This document shows, piece by piece, positions 12,726 to 26,191 of a DNA stretch of 64,000 nucleotides (the stretch's first letter is position 1; every line of letters starts with the position of its first letter). The stretch lies in the NCBI RefSeq assembly GCF_009914755.1, contig NC_060926.1; one strand, 5' to 3'. A program made the position numbers and the translations under genes. Under the pieces are notes generated by a model. The model made no database searches. It had not been told where the DNA came from and worked only from the letters and a program-made list of their open reading frames with translations. The DNA is from the human T2T-CHM13v2.0 reference genome, Homo sapiens.

Positions 12726-13718
12726 ATAAGTAAATGTGGGGGGGAGGAATTAACCTTTCTCTGAGCTTGCCAGTCCTATTCTACCATGAGGCAATTTTAG
12801 ACCAATACCACCCTGATACCGAAGGGCTGGCACAATTTTCAGGCACCTTGTGCAGCATTTTTACTGAAGTGCAAGACGGCAGACATTTATGGAGAATCTA
12901 CAACTCTCAGATCCTATGCTGGAGATAAAACAATGATTAGGCAAGATTGCAGGACTTGTAGCAGAGTCAGTGTATGGAACACTCAGTGGCTGCTCAGATC
13001 AGTAGTTTAGTATCTGTTATCTGTTTGTTAATAAAGTTGTTTTAAATTTAACTATAAACATGGCTTATATAAGAAAGGTTAAAACCACCATGCAGTCTCT
13101 CATGGTTGCCACCAGTTTCAATCTCCTCTTCCCACCCTACTGAAAGCTCATGGTATGACAGAAGCATAGCAAATATTTGTCAGAAGACCTGAGATAAGTA
13201 AATATTCCATATTGTCCTTGTGAACTCTTGAAATCTTATTGCAATCAAGTCATAAATAGCAAAGTATTTTGCAACTTGGGCTTTTTCTCTATGTCTGGTT
13301 TTAGGGTCCCACATTACAATTTGGAAAAGACTAAAATATACACAGGTATTGACCAGGAATATCTGTTTAATATATGTGGTTGAATTCAGAATAGAGGACA
13401 ATGCCATTTCTTAGTCCTTAAAGAACTGATTATAGACCTCACTGCTGCAGTGGGGTACTCAGAAATCTGTCCCAATTCCAGTGAAGCCTATCCTAACAGT
13501 GTATGTTTTGTAATAATATGTGCTAGTGGGTGAATATTTTCCAATTCTCACAGCAACCCTGAAAGGTACTTATTATTTTTCTCAAATCATATATAGGCGA
13601 CTACGGTTCAAAGATGTTTACTTGCTCAAGTTTGCTCACCTAATAAGCAATAAATCTAGGGTTCCTCTTCAGTGATGTCTGACTCCAGAGTGAATGTTCT
13701 CACCCCTTTTTAGCTCTT

Positions 13719-13900
13719 TTTAGACCTACTTGACACTCAAACTTCTATTACCACCACACTGTCCCCAGGAGGAGCCTATTTCCAATTAATGAATGGGCTG
13801 AGTAAGCACCAAAAATCACCCTTCAGCTACTTCTTTCTGGAATATATGAGAAAATCAGGACTTGTAAACCACCTTGCTAAATATTCAGGAAGAATAACAG
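13719..13900 (+). repeat. Copy 2 of an old local duplication (partner 12544-12725)
   Basis: Same collinear blocks as copy 1. Confidence 0.85.
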
Positions 13901-14059
13901 AAAAACAAATAATAAAAATCAAAGGTTCTTGTATTTCTTCCACCAAGAAAAGTGATAATGCCTTACTTACCTAATCTCATTTTATAATCTTCCCTTTCTC
14001 CGAACTTCTGCTGAGCTTAATGCATGACACACATATTTATATGCTCTTGCTTATAAGAA

Positions 14060-14960
14060 AAATTGTCTCAGCGCCCTTTCAGGGATGATCCCTCCCTCTG
14101 CACTCCTTATCCCATTTCTTCAAATCTCCTTGCAGATGTTACTCTGTCAGTGTCTCCTTCTCTCTTCTCTACCTTCCACCTTTCTTCTTCTGCTAGTACC
14201 TTTCCTACAGCCTGTAAAGCTGCTCCTCACTAATAGCCAATCTTGAAAATAAAAAAAGAAGGGGAGGTTTCCCTTAACCCCACATCTTCTGTGGTCTCTT
14301 TTTCCCTTCCATTCCTTCTTCTTTCAGTAATCCTCCATCCCCATATCAGGATCTTATTTCTAGCACTCTAGTTTAGATTGCACTGGCAGAGACACCAACA
14401 TCCCTTTGTTGATAAACCCAAAGATCTTTCTTCTTTCCCCTCCTAACAGTTGACATTCTGATTACTCCCTTAATACTGAAACTCTTTCCATTCATGGCTT
14501 CCCTGGTCTCACATACTCCTTTTATGCCTCCTGCTTTGCTAGTCAAACTTCCTTTTCTAATTCCTCTCAGAAAGTCATCTATGCTCTCCAATCTTGCACT
14601 ATCAGCTTTTTTCCCTTGTTGCCCATTGACTTGGGGTATATTAACTATTAAATTAAATCCCTTGACTTTATTTCTGTTTACATGTTAATTACTCCTAGTC
14701 AAGGCCTTCCTCCTGAGCTACAGACCTATATTTTTCAAGTGCCTCAATTAAACATCTCCCACTGGAGAAGCATAAAACTCAGAATCCAAAATGAAACTAT
14801 TATCTGCAATTGTTCTTTATACCAATTAACACTACCACCACCATCTTAGTCCCAAAGATCTGAAATAGGGAAGGATACTCTTCATTTTCCCTCAACCTGC
14901 ATCCTATTACTCCCAAAGTCCTCTTGATTTTGTTATGCATTCTTTCATTCAATTACCCCT
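14060..14960 (+). mobile_element. Degraded L2
   Basis: Pyrimidine-rich L2 body (cctgagctacagacctatattt...aacatctcccactgga). Confidence 0.5.
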
Positions 14961-15184
14961 CTTTCTAAGAAAGCTGACTCCCAGTTACCTACAAAATATA
15001 ATAACATGAGTTTAAGATAATAATAATAATGCATGCCTATTTCTTGGTTCCAGTCTTCTGCTTTCCTCTTGTTGTTTTATCCGGAGGAAACAGATTTTCC
15101 CAGACACATAAAGCAGTTTCACACCTCATAATTTTACTCAGGCTCTGACCTTTGCCTGAAATAACCACTTCCCTGGTCTAATTT

Positions 15185-15580
15185 ATTCCCTCATTTAACA
15201 AATATTTATTGAGGGTCTATTATTTGTCAGGTTCTAATGAAGGCACTAAGGATACATAGCTGTGAACAACACAGACAAGGTCCCTGATTCCACACAGCTT
15301 ACAACCTTGAGTGGAAAAACAGCAATAAACAAGTAGGCAAATATACAAACAAGGTGATCTTAGACAATTAAATGCCATGAAAGAAATAAACAGTCAGTTA
15401 TTTAAGAGTTGCTCAGGAGTTGGTGGCAGAAGGGATGCTTCAATAGTGCCATTGGGAAAGATGGCATTTTAAGGAAGCAACAGTGAACTTGAGACCTAAA
15501 ATTTGAAAAAAAAAAAATCACCAGAAAACAGAAAAGAAGACATTTCAAGCTAAAGAAACAGCAAGTGGGAATGGCCTGGA
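15185..15580 (-). mobile_element. L2 3' end (continues at about 16070-16800 after the MLT1 and Alu insertions)
   Basis: cattt aacaaatatttattgag...gcactaaggatacat, an antisense L2 terminus. Confidence 0.6.
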
Positions 15581-15584
15581 CTGG

Positions 15585-16068
15585 TGTATGTGTTTTCTAT
15601 TGCTGCCATAAAAATTACTACTGACTATGGCATAAAACGCTAATATCTTATATTTCAGAAGGTCAGAAATCTGACATGGATCTCGTTGAGATAAAATCAA
15701 ACTGTTAGCAGGGCTGCATTCCTTTTTGGGGTGCTTGGGGAAAATCTATTTCCTTGTTTTTTGAACTTTTAGAAGTTACCTGCATTCCTTGTTTTGTGGC
15801 CCCTTCCTCCATCTGCAAAGCCAGCAACATAGCATATTCCTGACATGTCTTCGTTGTCACATTTTTCCATGACTACAAACTGGAAAGGACTTTTACAGAC
15901 CCATGTGACTACATTGGTCCCATCTGGATATTCCAGGATAGTTTCCCTCATCTCAAAGTCTTTAATCACATCAGCCAAGTCCTTTCTGATGTGTAAGGTA
16001 ACATACTCACAGGTTCTAGGGATTAGGACGTGAGTGCATCTTTGGGGGCTATTATTCTTTCTGTACCA
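15585..16068 (-). mobile_element. MLT1C/D-like MaLR solo LTR
   Basis: ttctattgctgccata...agcagggctgcattcc...ggccccttcctccatctgcaaagccagcaa...catctttggggg. Confidence 0.8.
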
Positions 16069-16209
16069 TAGACAGAAATAAACTTAGATTGTGTAAAAGT
16101 AGGCAGGAAGCCATTATGGCTAGCATGATATAAGATTAGACACGAGGTTTATCATTAATTCCTTGTCGGTCATGGGGAAGAATTTAAATTTTTTTCCTAA
16201 ATGCAATGA

Positions 16210-16556
<347 letters not shown>

Positions 16557-17248
16557 CTAATATGCTATTTTTTAAAAGATCTGTATGGCATGTAAGAAAC
16601 GTATTATGCGAAGGCAAAGATAGAAGCAGGGACACCAGTTAGAAGTACTCTTACTACAAATGAGAAATAATGGAGCCCTAAAAAAGGACAGTGGAAATAG
16701 AAAGAAGCAGAAAGATTCAGGATGTATTTTGAAAATAACATTTCTGCTGGATTACAAAGAGCTAGAAAAAAAATGAGAAATTGAGGAAGACACTCTGCTG
16801 ATTGAGTGGATGATACAGCTGGCAAAGCTCAACCATTGCCTCCCCTGACAAATGGGTCTGCTTCTTCATAAAACCCACGAGCATGTTCTGTGTAGACCTC
16901 TATTAACATCATACTATATTTACCTGTCTGTTTCCCTTATCATATTGAAACCTTCCTGAGATTAAAGGCATTGTTGGGTCATTGTTTGCTTGATAGCTAT
17001 TTCCTGAACATACATTGTTTGATAAGGAATCAATAGAAAATGATGATTGAATGACCGTGAGACAAGTGGCAGTGAACATAAATAAATATGATTCCAAGGT
17101 GTCAATCCCGGAGAACCAGGAAAATGATTGTCCTAGAGAAAGAAATATCTAAGCAAGGAGGAGAAACTAGTAATAGAGCAGGAGCGCATAGAAATGATTA
17201 GGTGCATCTGTGCACATATATGCTTTGAAATAGCAAACCATAATTTTT

Positions 17249-17530
17249 TTTTTTTTCTTAAGAGTGGTAGTCTTGCTCTCTCACCCAGGCTGGAGTGCAG
17301 TAGCACGATCACAGCTTACTGCATCCTCGAACTCCTGAGCTCAAGGGATCCTCTCACCTCAGGCTCTTGGGCACGCACCATCACAATCAGCTATTTTTTT
17401 TAAACATTTTTGTAGAGATGGGTCTCTCCATCTTGCACAGGCTGGTTTCGAATTCCTGGGCTCAAACAATCCTCCTGCCTCAGCCTCCCAAAGTGCTGGG
17501 ATTACAGACATGAGCCACTTTATCAAGCCA
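17249..17530 (-). mobile_element. AluJ
   Basis: Reverse Alu with J-type text (ctcctgggctcaaacaatcctcctgcc); TSD caaaccataattttt at 17234-17248 and 17532-17546. Confidence 0.9.
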
Positions 17531-17614
17531 ACAAACCATAATTTTTGAACAGAAAAAGACTGCATATTGTGAATATACTTTTTTCTCACTGAAAGCCACT
17601 ATGAAAATAATAAC

Positions 17615-17870
17615 CAGAACAATAATAATAATGGTTAGACTGTATTAAGTACTTACTATGTCAAATACTGTGTTAGCACTTTATATGTATTAACTAATTT
17701 AATCCTAAAATCAACACGGTGGGGTAAGTGCTACTTTTTTTCGTATTCTACGGATGAGGAAGGAAATTGAGGCTAATAAAAAAACTAATTTGCATCAAAT
17801 TGCACGTCAAGGAATGACTATTAATAGATCCTGCTTTGAAATCCTGGCTGCACAGTTTTTTCTCTTAACA
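17615..17870 (-). mobile_element. MIR
   Basis: acttactatgtcaaatactgtgttagcactttatatgtattaactaatttaatcct. Confidence 0.7.
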
Positions 17871-18614
17871 AGGAGGTTCAAAGAAATTATGTGATGTTTA
17901 TTTTCTTAGCTTAAGCTCCATCACTGCTTTTTAAAAAAATTACAATATTGGGAGACTCACTCAAAATGTCATTATAATAATATCATTTCAAGGAAAACAA
18001 ATGCATGTACCAATGAATTTAATTATCAATGCTATCTATATCCAAATTTTATAAATATGTTACCTCTATCTGAAAATCTCTGCTGAAAATATATCTTTAA
18101 CATTTAGACATTATTAAAGATATTTCCTTTTTTGTATTAGAAATTTTTACCTTCATTCTAACATTCTTATGATATGAATTTTCATTTTAATCTGAATACT
18201 TATATTTTAGCTTAGTCATATTTTGGGAAAAGTTTGCATTTTACATTTTAGAATATTGTGCTGTCTCCTAAGGCATCAATCGTTACATTTAGAGATTATG
18301 GAGAGTCTTGTGAGCCAAGATCATAAATAATATGAGAGCTTGGCTTGTGTAGCACTCTTCTCTTTACACACTATTCCAGCTCACACATACTCTTTGAGAC
18401 TTACAATAACTCAGTGAAATAATATGCACCAGATGATTGCTCCCATTTTATATTGAGATTCAGAGATATTAAGTGACTTGTCAGAAGTCACACAATATAA
18501 TGAATGGCCTCATATATTGGTTTTCAAGACCTAGCACTCTATCCACTGTACCTTGATAATTAAACTGCAATTCAAATTTTATGAACTAGGAAGATAGCAA
18601 CAAAAATGTCTGCA

Positions 18615-18850
18615 GATATGTGGTGATTATGAGCCAGACAGAGTCTAAATGCTGGCCCCACCACTTACTACCTGGGTCATGATGAAAACATCACGTCTTT
18701 TCTGCTTTTCAATTTCCTCATCTGAAAAATGGGGATAATAATATTACCTACCTCATTGGTAATTGTTGTAAGTATTAAATGAGTTGAAATTTATAAAACT
18801 CTTGGAACGATTTCTGGCATAGAGGTAATATTACATAAGTGCTGGTTAAA
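18615..18850 (+). mobile_element. MIR
   Basis: ccacttactacctggg...tttcctcatctgaaaaatggggataataatattacctacctcat. Confidence 0.8.
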
Positions 18851-18893
18851 TAAAAATAAGAAACTGTTAGCGTTTCTTCTAAAAAACATATAA

Positions 18894-19237
<344 letters not shown>

Positions 19238-19329
19238 TTAAAGACCAAAACCCCAGGCTAACTAGAGGGAAGTTTAATCCTGTACCACACTATGTTCCAC
19301 TCACCCTCTCATTCTGCTGTGTTTTTCTT

Positions 19330-19670
19330 CTTTTATATTATGTTTATTGAGATGTGGTTTACATAATTTCATCTTTTTAGGTGTACAGTTCTTTAAGTTT
19401 TAGCAAATGTATACAATGTATACAATAATGTGACTGCCATTATATGACATTTTCTTCACTGCAAAAATTTCCACCATTTGGAGTCAATCTCTTTCTTCCA
19501 TTCCCATCCCTGGCACCATTGAACTATTTTCCATTTCTTTAGTTTTGCCTTTCTACAATGTTAGAAAGGCAAATGAAAATGAAATCACACCATATGTAGC
19601 TTTTTGTGCCTGATTCCAAGATTCATCCATGCTGTTGCACGTATAAGCAGTTCATTCCTTTCTTTAAAGC
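19330..19670 (-). mobile_element. Old L1M 3' fragment
   Basis: tttattgagatg...tttaggtgtacagttc...attcatccatgctgttgca. Confidence 0.65.
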
Positions 19671-20659
19671 TTTTATGTTTACATTTTTAAAATTTATTTC
19701 CTCATTCTTAATCATTCATCCATCAGTTATTTTTTAAGCCTAATAAATCTTGAGACATGGATGATTGTTTGTATTGGAATAGACAATTCTCTGTAGCTAA
19801 ATTGAGAGTCCATGAGTCAAGGCTTCCCCTGAGAGAAGCTTTTTAAATGGCAGGACTAGGCACAGGCTACAAAGGGGAAATTGTCCAGAAACGCAATGGC
19901 ACCAAAGACCTCCTATAAGAAATGAGTGTGCTATGCTCCACGTCCTGCTTTTAAAAAGTTAAAGGCCTAAGTCTCAAGTTGTGTCTCAACAAATAAGGAG
20001 TCATTCATCTCAACAGGATCTGAGTTCTAGCATTGTTCAGTTGACAATTATGTGGCGACCAGAGGTCTGGGAAACGTGTCTTTTCTTGCTATAGAGAGGG
20101 CAGCACAGGGCAGGGAAGTCAAAGTGATATATTTTTTTCATATTTAGTCCATCAGTATTTTGTTTAATACTTTAAAGACTTCTGTGTATTGGAGAAAACT
20201 ATCTCTTCTACTCCTTCAGTGAAATTAATTCTGTTTTGCAGATTTATAGAATTTTCTGTCTTTGAGAGAAGAAAGGAGTTTTTTTATAAATTGGCCCTTG
20301 AGAGAAAAACAGAATTTTATATAAATCTGCCATTTTAAGTGCCATTTCTGTTGTATTTTTGTGTCCTGTATTTGAATGAAATAATTGCACTAGCCCTCAA
20401 CATGCCAGAAGAATTCAATACCAAATTATTTGAAAATACTTTTTTAGAAAATCTGAGTAATAAAAATATTCATCCCTCTCTTCTTCTCCTGATAGAGATG
20501 TATCAAATGGGAGACGGCCAGCAGTGATCAAGTCTTGATTAATACTGAAAAACAGAAGCTTGTGCTCACAATCCCTGCCATTACAATTCTTTATAGTATG
20601 TAAGTACTTTAATAAACATTATGAAGCTAAAATGGCATTATTGATTTAAAAATATATGA

Positions 20660-20910
20660 TGCCCCTGTAATTCCAGTTACTTGGGAGGCCAAGGCCGGAG
20701 AATCACCTGAGGCCAGGAGTTAAAGACCAGCCTGAGCAACATAATGAGACCCCATCTCTAAAACAAATAATAATAATAAAATAAATTAGCCAGGCATGGT
20801 GAGGACCACTTGAGCCCTGGAGTTTGAAGTTGCAGTGAGCTATGATCATGCCACTGCACTCCAGCCTGGGTAACAGTACAAGACTCTGTCTCTTAAGTAA
20901 AAAGGAAAAT
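20660..20910 (+). mobile_element. AluJ, 5'-truncated and internally deleted
   Basis: gcagtgagctatgatcatgccactgcactccagcctgggt; part of the right arm is missing after ggcatggtg. Confidence 0.85.
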
Positions 20911-22383
20911 ATGTATGTGTGCATGTATATATATATATATTTCATTTGAATTAGAATTTCTATTTAAATATCTTCAAGTAATCAATGAGTTCACATTGGT
21001 ATAAATAACAAATACGCATTAAGAAAATCTCTGACCACAGCAATTGAAGTCTTAATTATATATTAAAGTATGGTCAGTATATAACCAAGTTTTTCAGTGT
21101 CCTAAACATCACAAGGACCCATGCATTGATTATACCGCTTAGAAATCAGCAGCAATCCAAATATTTGGCACTAATTAATTAAAACATGTACATATCCATA
21201 CACTAAATATACATGCAAAAAAAAGTTGGTGAAAGAGCAATTCATAAACTTGATTTTGAGTATGTTCTTAAATTATTGCATCTACATAAATCTGAGTCCT
21301 TCTTGACACCCAAAGGTAAGAAAACCAAAGGCCCTGTGAACACTTCCTACAAAAAAGGGGGGGTCATTTTTAATACACAGTAAATACTAAAGCAGGTTTC
21401 ATTCACCAGTTGGAGAGTGTACTATTTTAATGTTTTCTTAAAGTATGTGAGTGATATCATCTCATGAGATTTGGAGGAACACCTGGATTTCATTTTGTTG
21501 TTTTACAGAGACTTACTTTTGTTTTCTCTGGAATAACTGCAATCAGAAGATATTATTGGAGGAGTGAGATTTTATAAATGTGTCTTGTCTTCCCTTTCAG
21601 CATCATCTTCACTTCCATAATTTTGGAATGAAAGGAATCTTGAAAATCCATAAATACAATACACAGCTAACACACTCAAGGGATACTTAGAGCATTCGGC
21701 AATTTATCTTCCTGTTAATTTACTTTAAAAATAATTTATACACATTTATTTGTAAAAAGAGTTATTTTATTAATTTATGACTTGTAATCAATTTCTAAAG
21801 CCCAGCAGTTGACTCCAGAAACCACAATGTACTTAATTTCCTAGATTTTTCTCAGTATTCTACTCCATTTTTATAAATCTGATAAAAACTCTCCAAATAA
21901 TTTGGGACACTGAAATTATCAATAGCAGGAAGAATTAAGAAGTTACTGTGCTCCTAATGCATGAGCATCAGTCATCACACCCTTGTTTCAAATGTGACTT
22001 ATTCATCCTAATATGCTCATCCTTCTTAAGATGGGGTTTTGGTTTCAAAAGTTACATGATTTATATGCAAATCAATGTAATGCACATTTGTTAGAGAGAT
22101 TACTTTGAGAATGCAGATATGTACAGGATATTGTCCTGGCCCACCAAAGGCTTACGTGGTTTGGTGGTAATAGACGCAATCACTGATATCTAACACATAA
22201 TAAAGGAATGAGTTCTATTATACAAACACACAGAACAATAATAGGAGAACAGCGTATGATAAAAGGACTTGAAGTCACAAGGAACTTGGAAAGAGGTTCT
22301 GGATGTGATAGGATTTAAGCAGAGCTTCAGAAAATGAATAGCACTCCAACAAAGATTGCCTGAAGGGAGATTAGGGAAACCAT

Positions 22384-22439
22384 AAAAAAAAAAAACAAAA
22401 AAAAACCAAAAAAAAAAAAAAACAACAAAAAAAAAAACC
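22384..22439 (+). repeat. Orphan A-rich tract (AnC)
   Basis: About 55 nt of A runs interrupted by C/CC with no attached Alu or L1 body. Confidence 0.8.
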
Positions 22440-22604
22440 ACTCAGGTGGCTTAAAGAAATTGGTTAGTAGCCTAGCAGAGTTAAGACAGCTACAACAGCA
22501 GGGACTAAAAACCTATCTTCAAATTCTAAGAGGAAAGCATGTTGAATTTACAGTAAAGGAGGTAAGAAAAATGCCAGGAAATATTTTAAAAGCTAACTGC
22601 AATA

Positions 22605-22913
22605 GGCCGGGTACAGTGGCTCAAGTCTGTAATCCCAGCACTTTGGGAGGCTGAGGTGGGTAGATCACCTGAGGTCAGGAGTTCGCGACCAGCCTGGCCA
22701 ACATGTTGAAACCCCATCTCTACTAAAAACACAAAAATTAGCCAGGGATGGTGGGGGGCACCAGTAGTCCCAGCTACTTGGGAGGCTGAGGCACAAGAAT
22801 CACTTGAACCTGGGAGGCAGAGATTGCAGGGAGCCGAGATTGCAGTGAGCCAAGATTGCGCTCCAGCCTGGGTGATGGAGTAAGACTCCATCTCAAAAAA
22901 TAAATAAATAAAT
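22605..22913 (+). mobile_element. AluS with internal 16-bp duplication
   Basis: Full Alu; TSD aaagctaactgcaat at 22589-22603 and 22914-22928; gagattgcag.gagcc is repeated. Confidence 0.93.
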
Positions 22914-23977
22914 AAAGCTAACTGCAATGAATCTCAACCTTAACAATACTTTCATCTTTTATTGGTCTATCCAGTATTTCAAGATAATGTATATATTTAT
23001 CATTATACTTCAGAGTACTTTTATTTTTTTATGATTTTACTAAGCTAATAAACTACTGAACTGGATTCTTCAGAATGCTGTGTCTTGAGGGAGGCACAGA
23101 GAGACATCAATAATATCCCCACATCTTTACTCTTGTAAGAAAAAAAAAAAAGCACTTCTACTACTCTGCATGGTTTTGTTTATTGTAGAACCACACCCAT
23201 ATCTTTGCTTCCAAAAGACATAGCTCAAGAAGAAATGTGGATGAATCAGTAACCATACATAGATTTGAATTCTGCTTTTCACATAACAACCTCAACCTAT
23301 CTTCCAAGTTCATCTCAAAATAGTCATCTTTTTCAGCAGCCTGCATCAACACAGCAGAGAAGTGGAAGATACACACAGGTAGGTTCCTCATTTATGTAAA
23401 TCTGTGAGGGTTAACCAGATCTGTAAAGTAAAATGCTTTACTTTAAAGACAACATATAGTTCTAAATTCCAAATCCTGAAGAAAAGGAAATGAATACCTA
23501 ATATAATCAAAGTAATTTTAAGTTAAAAAAAAGGAAACAAAAACTTACCTTGTGTCATTAAGAACCTGAAGTGTGACATTTCTCATAGGACTATTCTACA
23601 GAATATTCTCTCTGGAAGTAGGTCTTTGGGAAACATGAGCTTTGGTCCTAAAAGCCTCTCACTAACCACTTTACATGAGGACGACCCCATAGGTCCTTCG
23701 AGCCCAATTCCTTATTTGCATAATGAAATGGTAAAAGACCCTTAATATTTCCAAGTATTGTTACAGGAACATTCATGAATAAGTTTTCTAAATTCTATAA
23801 ATTAATAAAATATGTTGTCATTCTCATTACTTATTTTACCTACATATAAAGAGTGATTCAATACAAATAGAGAAGAGCCCTATTCAATTTTTTGCTTAAG
23901 TATGAACAATATGAAGTCTCAAAGCTATTTTTGGACATTAAAAGTGTATTTTCAATGGGTAAAAGGACAAAACCAGT

Positions 23978-24436
23978 GCTACGGTTTGAATGTCTCTTCC
24001 AAAATTCATCTTGAAATTTAATTGCCATTGTAACAGTATTAAGAATTAAGATATTTAAGAGGTGATTAAGCCATGAAGGCTCTGCCCTTGTGAATGAATT
24101 AATGTCTTTATCTCAAGCATGGGTTCCTATCACAAGAGTGTGCTACTTATCACAAGAGTGCTACTTATCACAAGAGGATTCCTATCACAAGAGTGTGATA
24201 CTTATCACAAGAGTGCTACTTATCACAAGAGGACGCATTTGGTCCTGTTTTGTCTCTGTCACCCTCTCTTGCCCTTCTACCTTCTGCCATGGGATGACAC
24301 AGCAAGAAGGCCCCTGCCAGATGCTGGCCCCTTGATCTTGGATTTCTCAGCCTCAAGAACCATGCCAATAAATTTCTGTTCATTATAAATTACCCAGTCT
24401 CTGGTATTTTGTTTTAGTAGCCCAAAGCAGACTAAG
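23978..24436 (+). mobile_element. MST-type MaLR solo LTR with internal minisatellite
   Basis: Starts tgctacggtttgaatgt, ends aataaatttctgttcattataaattacccagtctctggtatt...gactaaga. Confidence 0.85.
24124..24233 (+). repeat. 2 x 55-bp higher-order repeat, each copy with three TATCACAAGAG units
   Basis: Units at 24128, 24148, 24166, 24183, 24203 and 24221; the two 55-mers differ at one base. Confidence 0.93.
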
Positions 24437-25029
24437 AAATCAATAAGCAATGCAATGTTGCTTGGTTTGACTTGGTTTTCAAACTGCCTAAACTCAGAAA
24501 GATTTTCCAACTTGAGCATTGATCTAATAGGATGAACTAAAAGAAGAACAAATTTGGAGGGAAAGAAAGATAAAGAATAATGAGGAAGACATCTAATATC
24601 CTGCTGGGAAAAAAATAGACATTTCATTTGCTTAAAAGTAATATGCAAAATCAAAATACTATTTATTTACCACTTATGACCATAAGAGTTTCAAATATAT
24701 AAACTATAAATGATCTTTGTTGATGGAACGGTGATAATGCAAAAATGACATTTGTTGATCCTAAGTCTTTGTTCTGAAATTGCAAAGGACTTTCACAACA
24801 ATACCCCACTGAATTCTCTCAACTGAAATGGGCAGCACAAACCTCATTTTATAGATAACATTTAGTTAAGAGGGATTAAATAACATGCAAAAATTACACA
24901 AGTAGTGAGTAAATCACTCAAGACACAAACCCAGATCTGACTTACAGTTCTTCCTGTACTCCAGAGAAGGGCATAAGCACCCTCAGATGCTCCCAAGACA
25001 TTATTTTCTGGGGTAGAGAGGATGAGTTT

Positions 25030-25455
25030 ATGAGATTCTTCCTTTTCCAGCTACAAATCTGCATAAGGCCAGATCTTTTCATATACTTTAACCATACCAA
25101 TTTATGGCAACAGATTAAAATCAGATGCAATCATGAGAATTCTCATGCAATCACGAGAAAGCCAGATATTAAAGAGACTCAAAAATGAAAAATAATGCCA
25201 CTCTTCTAATTAGTTGTTTTGATTCAGTAAACGCAGTTATTTTCATAAAATGCATCATTTATATTAATATGTAATGGGTATATTGTTGTTATTTTAAATA
25301 AGTTAATAAATGTTTAGAAGTCTTTCATCATTTTTAATTTCTAAAACGGTAAATGCCAATAGATATAATCCACCACAAAAAGTTATTTGGGGTCCTCAAT
25401 AATTTTAAGAGTACAAAGGGCTCCTGATACCAAACCAAAAGTCTGACAAATACTG
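25030..25455 (+). mobile_element. hAT-Charlie fossil (Charlie4-like)
   Basis: Terminus ggggtcctcaataattttaagagtacaaagggctcctgataccaaa...aatactg. Confidence 0.55.
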
Positions 25456-25883
25456 CTCTACACTATGGTCCAAGCGAGTCCATTTCTCATCTACATTTTT
25501 AATATAGCATTTAATTTTCAAGTTTACCAAAGTAGCACATGCTTTTCTCTCACTCGTAGAAAAGGGCTAATGCAGAAAATATTTAAAAAATCATTTGACT
25601 AACAAACCCACTACCCTAATATAATCATTGTTAACATTTACAACATTTATTTCTCTCTGAGGTTTCTTTCTCACTTAGGAATACATTTTACATGTGATCT
25701 CTTGCTTGACATAATGCTTTTTTTCCAATTAACACTGTGCAAGGACTACTTAATGTGTGATGCTACTAATCCTATGTACAGGTCTTTTAATGGCTGCATA
25801 ATATTCTAACTCATATGTATAATTAATTTAGCCACTTCCCAGTTGTTAAATTCTTAAGCTGTGCCCTAATTTAAAATGTTATA

Positions 25884-26191
25884 AATGAGAGTGGTGAAAG
25901 AGGGCATCCTTGTCTTGCACTGGATTTCAATGGGAATGCTGCCAGTTTTTGCCCATTCAGTATGACATTGGCTGTGGGTCTGTCATAAATAGCTCTTATT
26001 ATTTTGAGATAAGTTCCATCAATACCTACTTTATTGAAAGATTTTAACATGAAGGGATGTTGAATTCTGACGAAGGCCTTTTCTGCATCTATTGAGATGA
26101 TCATGTGGTTTTTGTCATTGGTTCTGTTTACATGATGGATTACCTTTACTGATTTGTGTATGTTGAACCAGCCTTGCATCCCAAGGATGAA
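25884..26191 (-). mobile_element. Inverted 5' segment of L1PA (ORF2 RT region)
   Basis: Minus-strand [17 protein letters not shown]...ISIDAEKAF...RQGCPLSPL is L1 ORF2 RT. Confidence 0.93.

Noticed and set aside
24090-24388. Repetitive peptides and a CRISPR-like look of the TATCACAAGAG array
   Set aside because: Spacers are only 6-9 nt and themselves repeated; it is a minisatellite inside a MaLR LTR in mammalian DNA with no cas genes.
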